A DNA stretch of 24,813 nt from a virus. Taxonomy: Duplodnaviria; Caudoviricetes. The position numbers and the translations under genes are program-made. Position 1 is the first letter of the stretch, and each line of letters opens with the position of its first letter. The notes beneath the pieces were generated by a model, which worked only from the letters and a program-made list of their open reading frames with translations, was not told the origin of the DNA and ran no database searches. The DNA is taken from IMG/VR virus record IMGVR_UViG_3300047546_002341, positions 1 through 24,813 of that record; one strand, 5' to 3'. This document shows, piece by piece, positions 17,683 to 24,574 of the stretch.

Positions 17683-19065
17683 ATGCCACGCCTGCGCACA
17701 CGCATCATTCCCCGCCCCGGCGGTTCGGTTGTCGACCTGACGCCGCCGACCCCACCATCCCCACAATCCCTCGCATCGTCGGCGACGACTGCAAGCCTGA
17801 CCTGGACCCATACCGGGGCGCCCGCGGGCACTACGTATGCGCTGACTGTGGTTGATGATGCTGGCGGTTCCGTGTCGCCTTCGTCGGGTTCCGGACTTGG
17901 TGCATACGTTATCCCTGTCACAGCAGGCAAGGCGTATACCGCACGCCTTCGCGCGACCGGTACAGATGGTCAAATCGCCCAATCCAGCGCGCTTGTATAT
18001 GTCGCGACCGCCGATCTGTCGGCACCAACCCCACCATCCCCACAATCCCTCGCATCGTCGGCAACGACTGCAAGCCTGACTTGGACCCATTCAACTGCAC
18101 CTGTAGGCACAACCTATACCCTCGCAGTGGTGGACGAAACCGGCGCTTCCGTGTCGCCTTCGTCGGGTTCCGGTCTTGGCGCATACGTTATCCCTGTCAC
18201 AGCGGGCAAGGCGTATACCGCACGGTTGCGGGCGACGGGTCCAGACGGGCAACTCTCACAGTCGAGTGCACTTGTATATGTGGCACCATCTGCCACTATC
18301 GCCGGCGCGTGGACACAGATTGGTTTGGTGAATTTTGTAGGCGCGACTGCGCAGACGTTTACCACGACGGGCGATAAGACAGTAACCTTGGCCGATTCTT
18401 CGACGGTGACCGTCAACGTGTCAATGTCGGTCGGCACCGTGACTACAGGCACGGCGGGCGCGGATGCAACGCGCGGCCTCATCGCTGATGTCCCTGGCGC
18501 GGTGGCATCGACGGCATACCGCCTGCGGACGGCGGTTCCTGTCTCCCCATCGATTGCCAGCACCGACGATCTGCTGGTGTCCATCCGCTGGCGGGCCAAT
18601 CTCGCCACGGGCACGGGGCAGCGGGCGCTGGTGGGTGTCACTGTCGCAAGCGGAAGCGAGGCATCAACCGAGTTCTCAGGCGGTGTCCTGCAAAACACCG
18701 CGACTAATGCGGTGAAATGGCAATGCCGCAAAACCGCGACCGTCGCCGATGTGGCGGCATCGGTGGACACTGGCTGGCGCGATGGTACTACGCGCATCCA
18801 AACCGATGTGCGCGTGGTCGGTAAGGCGCGGACATTGTTCGCAACGGCGACCAGCCGCAACGTTGACAGTGGAACCGCAACATATACCAGCGACATCGGC
18901 GGCGATAGCTCAGGACCAAACGCGGGCCTTGAAGCTCCGCTGTTTAGTGGATCAACGGTGTATGTCCAACTGTATAGTTGGAATGGCGGCGCATCCGGCG
19001 CGGCGTGCTCTACCGCGATTGAGCGAATCACTGTGTATTCGCGCGCATCAACCCGCGTACCCTGA
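17683..19065 (+). CDS. Putative adhesin or fibre with two tandem FN3-like domains and a C-terminal beta-sandwich (lectin-like) domain
   Basis: Two 93-aa repeats with the pattern TASLTWT...Y.L...G..YTARLRAT, typical of fibronectin type III. Start is ATG 17683 or GTG 17674. Confidence 0.65.
   Translation: MPRLRTRIIPRPGGSVVDLTPPTPPSPQSLASSATTASLTWTHTGAPAGTTYALTVVDDAGGSVSPSSGSGLGAYVIPVTAGKAYTARLRATGTDGQIAQSSALVYVATADLSAPTPPSPQSLASSATTASLTWTHSTAPVGTTYTLAVVDETGASVSPSSGSGLGAYVIPVTAGKAYTARLRATGPDGQLSQSSALVYVAPSATIAGAWTQIGLVNFVGATAQTFTTTGDKTVTLADSSTVTVNVSMSVGTVTTGTAGADATRGLIADVPGAVASTAYRLRTAVPVSPSIASTDDLLVSIRWRANLATGTGQRALVGVTVASGSEASTEFSGGVLQNTATNAVKWQCRKTATVADVAASVDTGWRDGTTRIQTDVRVVGKARTLFATATSRNVDSGTATYTSDIGGDSSGPNAGLEAPLFSGSTVYVQLYSWNGGASGAACSTAIERITVYSRASTRVP
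17749..18281 (+). repeat. Intragenic tandem duplication, 279-bp period
   Basis: 17749-18002 aligns with 18028-18281 (for example ACCCCACCATCCCCACAATCCCTCGCATCGTCGGC in both). Confidence 0.95.
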
Positions 19066-19074
19066 GAGGCGTCT

Positions 19075-19281
19075 ATGATTATCCAGAATGCGCGACAGGT
19101 AACCATTTCAGACGAATCCGGTGAACGGATTGGTGTCACTGGTGAGTTTCTGATCGAAGGCGCGCAGCTTGAGATGCTGCGCACGACAGACCTGTCAATC
19201 GCCACCAAACCGTCAGCCGAAGATTGCCGCGAACTGACAAGACCGTTTGCGCAAACGGTGCAGGCGCTGGTTCTGCCTTGA
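19075..19281 (+). CDS. Small hypothetical protein (68 aa), possibly fibre-associated
   Basis: SD GAGG, directly after the adhesin gene, TTGA overlap with the next ORF. Confidence 0.6.
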   Translation: MIIQNARQVTISDESGERIGVTGEFLIEGAQLEMLRTTDLSIATKPSAEDCRELTRPFAQTVQALVLP

Positions 19282-19589
19282 CCGATATCGCCCTGCAAGA
19301 TTGCGGCCCCTGCCTTTCCGGCGTGGGCCGCGTGGTCGATCATTTGCCCGGGCACCTATCGGCGACAGCGCGGCAGGTTATCGAGGTCAGGCTATCGCAC
19401 GGGGCAGCCCTATATGGGCAGCCGCTGCGGTTGGGTTGGACCCCGGCACCGATTGAGGCGGTGCAAGAGGCCGCCGACCTTGTGGCATATCTGGTCAGCG
19501 CAGGCGCACCCGAAGGGCTTTTGCGCGATGCTTCCGCACTTCTTGAGGGTGTGATAAGATGGCAGGCACAGGCCAAACAGTCTTCGTGA
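19278..19589 (+). CDS. Putative MazG-like (all-alpha NTP pyrophosphatase superfamily) protein
   Basis: R..HGAALYGQPL...EAVQEAADLVAYL resembles the phage G..kYG..L...qE..Dl..Yl motif. Start TTG 19278 overlaps the upstream stop. Confidence 0.5.
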   Translation: MTDIALQDCGPCLSGVGRVVDHLPGHLSATARQVIEVRLSHGAALYGQPLRLGWTPAPIEAVQEAADLVAYLVSAGAPEGLLRDASALLEGVIRWQAQAKQSS

Positions 19590-19690
19590 TTACCAACGGG
19601 GTCGCCGTTTTGCGGCTACCGTTGCGGCCTGTTGACCTTGTGGCGTTCGCCGAACGCCGCATGCGCCGTCAAGGCGTACCGGAGGCCTAA
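19559..19690 (+). CDS. Small ORF (43 aa), not in the ORF track
   Basis: MAGTGQTVFVITNGVAVLRLPLRPVDLVAFAERRMRRQGVPEA*. Fills the gap and is TAATG-coupled to the next gene. Confidence 0.4.
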   Translation: MAGTGQTVFVITNGVAVLRLPLRPVDLVAFAERRMRRQGVPEA

Positions 19691-19875
19691 TGCCCAAGCC
19701 TATGCCTAAAGACGTCAAGCCCCTTTTGTCTAAGCTCTTGCGCCTTGCCGCCAAGGCGGCGCGGTATTGGGCGGGTGGGTTTACCGCTGCCGAAATCGCG
19801 GCGCTTGCGGTTGACTTGATTGAGATTGCTGTGGAGCTTGCACAGTCTGCAAAAGAGGATGACGATGGGATTTAG
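19690..19875 (+). CDS. Small amphipathic protein in the lysis cassette
   Basis: SD GGAGG, basic amphipathic N-half and acidic C-half, overlapping the endolysin start. Confidence 0.6.
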   Translation: MPKPMPKDVKPLLSKLLRLAAKAARYWAGGFTAAEIAALAVDLIEIAVELAQSAKEDDDGI

Positions 19876-20305
19876 CTTCGGCGCAACGTCAACGGCCCGG
19901 CTGCATACCTGTCACCCGCTGTTGGTGACACTGTTTCGGCGGGCGTTGGCGCATCCAGATATGCCGCATGATTTGACCGTGGTGTATGGTCATCGGTCTG
20001 CGGCAGAGCAGGCGGCGCTATATGCCAAGGGTCGAACGACCCCGGGTAAAATCGTCACCAACGCAAAGCCGGGCAAGAGCAAGCACAATACCAAACCCAG
20101 TCAAGCGATTGACGTTGTGCCGTATATCGATCGAAAAGCAAGCCCCGACGATTGGGGCCCTATCCGCGCATGTGCTCCGGTGATATACGCAACCTGGGCA
20201 GAGATGCAGGCAGACGGTACGGTGCCGCACGGTGTTACACTGCATTGGGGCGGCGACTGGAACGGCCCGCCGGATGGCGCACACTGGGAAATCCGCGGCG
20301 TATAG
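19865..20305 (+). CDS. Endolysin, M15 family L-Ala-D-Glu peptidase (T5-lysin-like)
   Basis: F.FG..S..RL...HP.L, G.RS...Q..LY.KGRT.PG.IVT, SKH....AID and WGGDW...DG.HWE zinc-peptidase motifs. SD GAGG before ATG 19865. Confidence 0.92.
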   Translation: MGFSFGATSTARLHTCHPLLVTLFRRALAHPDMPHDLTVVYGHRSAAEQAALYAKGRTTPGKIVTNAKPGKSKHNTKPSQAIDVVPYIDRKASPDDWGPIRACAPVIYATWAEMQADGTVPHGVTLHWGGDWNGPPDGAHWEIRGV

Positions 20306-20328
20306 GCGCCCAAATCGGAGGCTAAACC

Positions 20329-20685
20329 ATGCTCGCACAAGTCGATCCACTCGCTTTGGCGCCCTACCTTGCCGGTCCAGGCGCCGCGACGTTGGTCCTT
20401 CTGATCGTCGGCGCCGCGGTGTATCGCCTTGTGATTTCGCATCTGTTGCCCCTTGCGGCGCATGCGATTGATCGTCATCTGAAACAGATCGATGCGTTGA
20501 TCGAAAGCCAAAAGACCGAAGCGCAGCAAACCGCAAAAGCCTTGAACAGTCTGGAAAAGACTGTCAAGGCCCTTGAGCGCCGCATTGCTCAGGCCGATGG
20601 CGGGACCGGCTGGGGCGTTGACGGCGACGGCGGCAGCATCGCGCGGCGGGCGGTGATTGATGGGGACGGGCGCGGCAAGCCTTAG
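20329..20685 (+). CDS. Holin-like membrane protein
   Basis: N-terminal hydrophobic segment (AATLVLLIVGAAVYRLVI) followed by a coiled coil, immediately after the endolysin. SD GGAGG. Confidence 0.55.
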   Translation: MLAQVDPLALAPYLAGPGAATLVLLIVGAAVYRLVISHLLPLAAHAIDRHLKQIDALIESQKTEAQQTAKALNSLEKTVKALERRIAQADGGTGWGVDGDGGSIARRAVIDGDGRGKP

Positions 20686-21023
20686 CGATAAGTGCCCCGA
20701 CGCACGGGAGGCCCTACTGTCCAGACCGTCTCTTCCCTGATTGCGGGCCGCCAATACGCGCCCCCTTTGGGGCACGGGATGGCCGCGGCTTGGGGCACGT
20801 TGGGGGCGCATCGGCCTTCAAGCTGCATTTGCCACAGCACCGCCGCTTCGGCTTTTTGGCGTTCGCCGCTGCGTTCCCATTCGATCTCAGCCGCGGCCAT
20901 GTCGGCGGCTGTGAGTGCATCGAGGTGCGCCTGCCACGCATCGGCGATGCTCCCAGCGGTCAACAAAAGCACAGCGCAAACCAGCATAACGATGCCGCGT
21001 GCGGCCTTGTCAGCGTCGCTCAT
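20682..21023 (-). CDS. Hypothetical protein with N-terminal transmembrane or signal segment
   Basis: MSDADKAARGIVMLVCAVLLLTAGSIA..., SD GGGGAG, ATGA overlap with the upstream ORF. Confidence 0.6.
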   Translation of the reverse strand: MSDADKAARGIVMLVCAVLLLTAGSIADAWQAHLDALTAADMAAAEIEWERSGERQKAEAAVLWQMQLEGRCAPNVPQAAAIPCPKGGAYWRPAIREETVWTVGPPVRRGTYR

Positions 21024-21208
21024 GGCTGCTCCCCCTCGTCGCAATCGTCGCCACAATCCAGCGTGAAGCAGTCCGGGCAATCGTCCGCCCCGCACGGCCC
21101 GTCATATGCGCGCCAGCCGCCGCAACCGCCCATGTGGCGCCGGTAGCCGTGGTCGGGGTCGCGCTCGCAATCGGGTGAGTAGGCGTAGCTGTGGTAGTAC
21201 TCGGTCAT
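21020..21208 (-). CDS. Small Cys/Asp-rich protein (possible metal binding)
   Basis: 62 aa with seven Cys including CGADDCPDC; coupled to the downstream gene. Confidence 0.6.
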   Translation of the reverse strand: MTEYYHSYAYSPDCERDPDHGYRRHMGGCGGWRAYDGPCGADDCPDCFTLDCGDDCDEGEQP

Positions 21209-21262
21209 GTGTCACCCTGTAGGCGCCGCTTGCGGCGGGCGCCGGGCCGATGTGGTTGGTGG

Positions 21263-21448
21263 TTAGACGGCGCGGCGGCGGGCGCTGGCGATCTGGCGCG
21301 CGGTCAGGCTGTGGCAGGTGGTGTAGTGCCCCGCCACACTGTCCCAAACGCGGACCGTTCCATCCGCGTCAACGCGGGCGCGGTAGGTGCCACGCTCACA
21401 GATGAAGGCGTTACGGACAGTGGTGTAGCGGGTGGCGGTGGCAGTCAT
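21263..21448 (-). CDS. Small conserved phage protein (DGTVRVWDSVAGHYTTCHSL motif)
   Basis: ATG 21448 behind GGAGCCGACC. The motif is one I recognise from uncharacterised small phage proteins. Confidence 0.7.
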   Translation of the reverse strand: MTATATRYTTVRNAFICERGTYRARVDADGTVRVWDSVAGHYTTCHSLTARQIASARRRAV

Positions 21449-21504
21449 GGTCGGCTCCGTCGGGTCAGTGTGGCGCCGGGTTCTCTCTCGCCCCAGGCCC
21501 CTTC

Positions 21505-21561
21505 TTTGTACCCCGGCACGTTCTACAGTGCAATAACTTTCGCGCACAAAGTGCGAAGAAA
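21505..21561 (-). promoter_or_regulatory. Early promoter cassette, copy 1
   Basis: Minus strand TTGCAC, 17 nt, TACAAA, preceded by the box TTTGTGCGCGAAAGTTA that is repeated near 23850. Confidence 0.65.
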
Positions 21562-21562
21562 T

Positions 21563-22066
21563 CTATTGCACGTTCAGAAGCGCGACCCTTAGCGCCTTTT
21601 CGTGCGCAGGCCCCAAGCTCTTTGCAGCGGCCTCGGCTTGCCCTTGCGCGTCGCCGGTTGTCCATCCCTGGGGCCGCGGGCATTGCGTCGTCAAAGCGGC
21701 GGCAAGATCGCCAAGGTCGATGCGCCCCGCGGTGCGCAGATAGTGCCGCGCCACACGCAGCGGATCGGCGCTGTGTGCTACGGCGATCGTCGGGCCGCGG
21801 GCGACCGATGGCATCGTCTTGGTCAGCTTCTGCGGTTCTCGGCTGGACCCGGCAAGAAGCGCGTCCCGCTGCGCTTTGTCGATCTTGGCCCAGGCGGCCA
21901 GAGTCAGAATCCGCAACTGCACCTGCCGCGGCGATCGATGCGGGAGGGCTGCGCATAAGTCCGCGAAAGTGCCGCCGAATCGCGCATAGTTGATGACGAT
22001 CGCATCGTCATACGTCACCCAAAGCGGCGCATTGGTGCGCTTCGGGCCGCCTTTTGGCTTGGTCAC
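21563..22066 (-). CDS. Putative DNA-binding protein (Myb/HTH-like N-terminal domain)
   Basis: W.TYDDAIV...TFADLCAALPHRSPRQVQLRILTL resembles a Myb/SANT-like three-helix motif. GTGA overlap with the upstream ORF. Confidence 0.55.
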   Translation of the reverse strand: MTKPKGGPKRTNAPLWVTYDDAIVINYARFGGTFADLCAALPHRSPRQVQLRILTLAAWAKIDKAQRDALLAGSSREPQKLTKTMPSVARGPTIAVAHSADPLRVARHYLRTAGRIDLGDLAAALTTQCPRPQGWTTGDAQGQAEAAAKSLGPAHEKALRVALLNVQ

Positions 22067-22287
22067 TTTTTGCCTACCTGCCCGAAGGCGAGAATGATGT
22101 CATGGTCGGAAATCTTGGCCCCCGCTGCCTTCTCTCTGCGCATCGCTTCGGCGGTCGCCAAATCCGCCAGTACCGCGGCGGGCACTACACCCTGCCGATC
22201 GGCGCGGGCCTGCGCACGGCGGCGCGCCTTGATGGCCGCTGTTGTGACCAGTGAATCAGCGCCAAACCCTGGAAAGACAGCGTTCAT
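22063..22287 (-). CDS. Small hypothetical protein (74 aa)
   Basis: ATG 22287 in an ATGA overlap with the thyX stop; coupled at both ends. Confidence 0.55.
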   Translation of the reverse strand: MNAVFPGFGADSLVTTAAIKARRRAQARADRQGVVPAAVLADLATAEAMRREKAAGAKISDHDIILAFGQVGKK

Positions 22288-23180
22288 CGGGCACCCCAAG
22301 CAGAAGTTAGCGCGGCCATCGTTTCGCGGCGCTCGCGTTCGGGCAGACCCGAAAGCGCATCAGCCAAGCGATCGGCGTCAACGATGCCAGCCAAAGCGCG
22401 CCATGCAGAAGCCGAAAGCCGCGGCGCATCGCGAACATGCTCAACCCACGCAGCCCAAGTCAGAGGGTAGGCGTCGGCGACAATGGCTGCGATTTCGTCG
22501 GCAAGCAAGCGGATTTCGCGCTGCGCGTCCGGCTTGGTGCGCAGGCCCAAGAAGTGCAGAAGATTGTGAAGGTCGACCTTCCAGACCCATTCGGTCATCG
22601 TCGCAAGCGGCAGCAAAACCCGGGCTTGTTCCCGAGCGATGCCGGCTTTTCGCGCGTGCTTGTACTCAAGGTCGGCCTGTTGCAAATCGAGCGCAAACCC
22701 AAGCGAACCCCACGCCGTCTTGTCGAGCGCGTCCGGCGTAAATGGCCCAAGTTCCAAGGGTTTGCCACGCCCTTGCTTGCTATCTTTCGGGTCAGGGTCG
22801 CGGCAAAGCGGACCCAAGCCGCGAACGTCCATCACGGCGTCGTTTTCGGCTTCGGTATAGCGCAAGCTTACTTCGTTGATGCTGGCCATCCGGTGCCGCA
22901 TCCACTGCCGCGCGACGAAGATCGGCGCCCGCACATGCATCACAAGCTCGCACATCTCGAAGGGCGACGTATGCCGGTGCCGCATCAGATAGCCGATCAG
23001 TTTGGCGTCTTCGCCTTCGGTTCGTGCTGCATTGTGGCGCCCATAGCTGACACGTGCCGCCCGGCTGATGCTGGCGTCGGTCCCGCAATAGTCGCGCAGG
23101 GTCACACTCCCCAAGTGTGCCACCGTGCGGGTCTTGCCCAGGTGCAGTTCGGCGCCGGGGTTGATCGGGCGGGCGGTCAT
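22284..23180 (-). CDS. thyX: Flavin-dependent thymidylate synthase
   Basis: AARVSY, H.SPFE, PIFVARQWMRHRMASINEVSLRY (RHR-x7-S-x-R signature), E.AR..LP, NLLHFL.LR...AQ.EIR. Start ATG 23180 in an ATGA overlap. Confidence 0.97.
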   Translation of the reverse strand: MTARPINPGAELHLGKTRTVAHLGSVTLRDYCGTDASISRAARVSYGRHNAARTEGEDAKLIGYLMRHRHTSPFEMCELVMHVRAPIFVARQWMRHRMASINEVSLRYTEAENDAVMDVRGLGPLCRDPDPKDSKQGRGKPLELGPFTPDALDKTAWGSLGFALDLQQADLEYKHARKAGIAREQARVLLPLATMTEWVWKVDLHNLLHFLGLRTKPDAQREIRLLADEIAAIVADAYPLTWAAWVEHVRDAPRLSASAWRALAGIVDADRLADALSGLPERERRETMAALTSAWGAR

Positions 23181-23455
23181 GTGTGCACCTTGCGCGCGCA
23201 GGCGTTGAGGGTGTCGCCGGTCACCACAAGAACACTGGGCTGATGGCCGCCTTCGATGGTCACCACAAGCCCCGGCACCAAATGCAAGCCCGACACGTGC
23301 ACCCACACACGTTGTTCGATGCGGCCTTCGATGTCGCGCCCGAAGTGCGGCCACGCAAACGAAGCGGCGAAACAGCGGCTTACATCGTCACTTGGCGATA
23401 CAATGAATCGATCGCCAACTTGCCAGTCGCGGAAAATAGAATCCTGCGTGTGCAT
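23177..23455 (-). CDS. Hypothetical protein (92 aa), beta-rich
   Basis: SD GGGCGAGG, contains WQVGDRFIV, coupled to thyX. Confidence 0.55.
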   Translation of the reverse strand: MHTQDSIFRDWQVGDRFIVSPSDDVSRCFAASFAWPHFGRDIEGRIEQRVWVHVSGLHLVPGLVVTIEGGHQPSVLVVTGDTLNACARKVHT

Positions 23456-23575
23456 CCTCGCCCCTATAGGTCAGTGTGGGCGGTCGCCTTGGTCGCCTGC
23501 CGGATGGCTGGCGTGCACCCCGCGCCGCGTGCAGGCGGCGACCATGCGGGGCTGGCCCGAAGGGCCGAGCGGCAG

Positions 23576-23776
23576 CTACTCCACGTCGCGGATGACGAGA
23601 TCGCCGTCATCGTCAAGCTCGGAGCGACCGCCGGCCTTGCGGATCGCCTTCCAGACGGCGGCCACATCATCATCGCCCAATACGTCGAGGTCGCCAGCGT
23701 CAAGGACAACCATCCCGACATAGATGCCGGACTCAATGGACTCGATTGCGTAGCGGGCGATTTCGTTGCGGATCAT
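23576..23776 (-). CDS. Small acidic hypothetical protein (66 aa)
   Basis: ATG 23776 behind AAGGAGCCGACC, followed by a GC hairpin at 23551-23570. Confidence 0.65.
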   Translation of the reverse strand: MIRNEIARYAIESIESGIYVGMVVLDAGDLDVLGDDDVAAVWKAIRKAGGRSELDDDGDLVIRDVE

Positions 23777-23823
23777 GGTCGGCTCCTTGGTGTTTCGCGG
23801 CGGGCTTCCCTGCCCGCCCCTCC

Positions 23824-23880
23824 ACACTATCGGACCGCCCTCAAAGCTGCAATAGCTTTCGCGCACAAACACGAAAGAAA
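23824..23880 (-). promoter_or_regulatory. Early promoter cassette, copy 2
   Basis: Minus strand TTGCAG, 17 nt, TAGTGT, preceded by TTTGTGCGCGAAAGCTA. 21 of 22 nt identical to copy 1. Confidence 0.65.
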
Positions 23881-23881
23881 G

Positions 23882-24574
23882 TTAGGCGGCCTTCGTCTTT
23901 CGCTTGCCTGTGCGCTTTTTCGGCTTGCCCTCTGTGTGCGCAGCCCAAAGCGCAACAGCGCACGCCTCGATCACATCGATCGGCAACGCGGCGTCGCCAT
24001 CTGGGCTCAAGACTTCGGCAAGATTGGCCGGAATACCGTAGTGCAGAAGCTTCCCGATGACTTCGGCGGTCGGCTTCTCGCCAGCGGGCAGATGCAGGCC
24101 GGCCCGCCATTGCATCGGCATCGGTCGCAGAAGCTGCGCTTCGGGGTGTCGCGCCAGAATCGGCCCGCACACGAGGCCCGAAACCCACACGATTTGACCC
24201 GCCGATCGCGCGAATCCGCCCATGGGCGGCGGCTTCTCGCACGCGACAACAAGCGGCGACAGCACACAGCCCGTCGCGATATGCGCGCCGATCTGCGCGT
24301 GCGTTGGGTGCACCGGTGCGCCGTCGATCGGCACTGCGTAGCCCTCTGCACAGCGGGCCGCACTCAACCGAAGCCCCGACGGGCCCGCCGCTTTGGCTGT
24401 GCTGCCGCGCCAAATCCAGGCGCTTAGCAGCGCGGGAAGCTCGCCAGCCGCAAGCCGATCGGCTGCAGGGCAGAAGAGCAGCACCGCGGCGCCGTTCGTG
24501 GTTGCCGGGTCGATGCCGACGATCATGCGGGCGCGGCTTGGTTCGGTAATCGGCAAGGCGCGTTGTTTAGGCAT
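23882..24574 (-). CDS. RuvC-like Holliday junction resolvase (RNase H fold)
   Basis: IVGIDPATTNGAAVL, VVACEKP, P.QWR and DVIEACAVALW match the RuvC acidic-motif spacing. Start is ATG 24574 or 24595. Confidence 0.75.
   Translation of the reverse strand: MPKQRALPITEPSRARMIVGIDPATTNGAAVLLFCPAADRLAAGELPALLSAWIWRGSTAKAAGPSGLRLSAARCAEGYAVPIDGAPVHPTHAQIGAHIATGCVLSPLVVACEKPPPMGGFARSAGQIVWVSGLVCGPILARHPEAQLLRPMPMQWRAGLHLPAGEKPTAEVIGKLLHYGIPANLAEVLSPDGDAALPIDVIEACAVALWAAHTEGKPKKRTGKRKTKAA

Noticed and set aside
17749-18281. Possible diversity-generating retroelement TR/VR pair
   Set aside because: Both copies are in frame within one gene, mismatches are not adenine-specific, and no reverse transcriptase is present in the window.
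18114-19355. 413-aa minus-strand ORF (likewise 801-1826, 2204-3169, 5949-7019)
   Set aside because: Antisense shadows of supported plus-strand genes with no independent evidence.
23181-23354. N-terminal extension of ThyX in the ORF track (start 23354)
   Set aside because: Overlaps the 23177-23455 gene; ATG 23180 has an ATGA coupling and an upstream AGGTG SD and gives a normal ThyX length.
23183-24427. 414-aa plus-strand ORF
   Set aside because: Runs antisense across several well-supported minus-strand genes and a promoter; Arg/Ala-rich composition typical of a spurious GC-rich frame.
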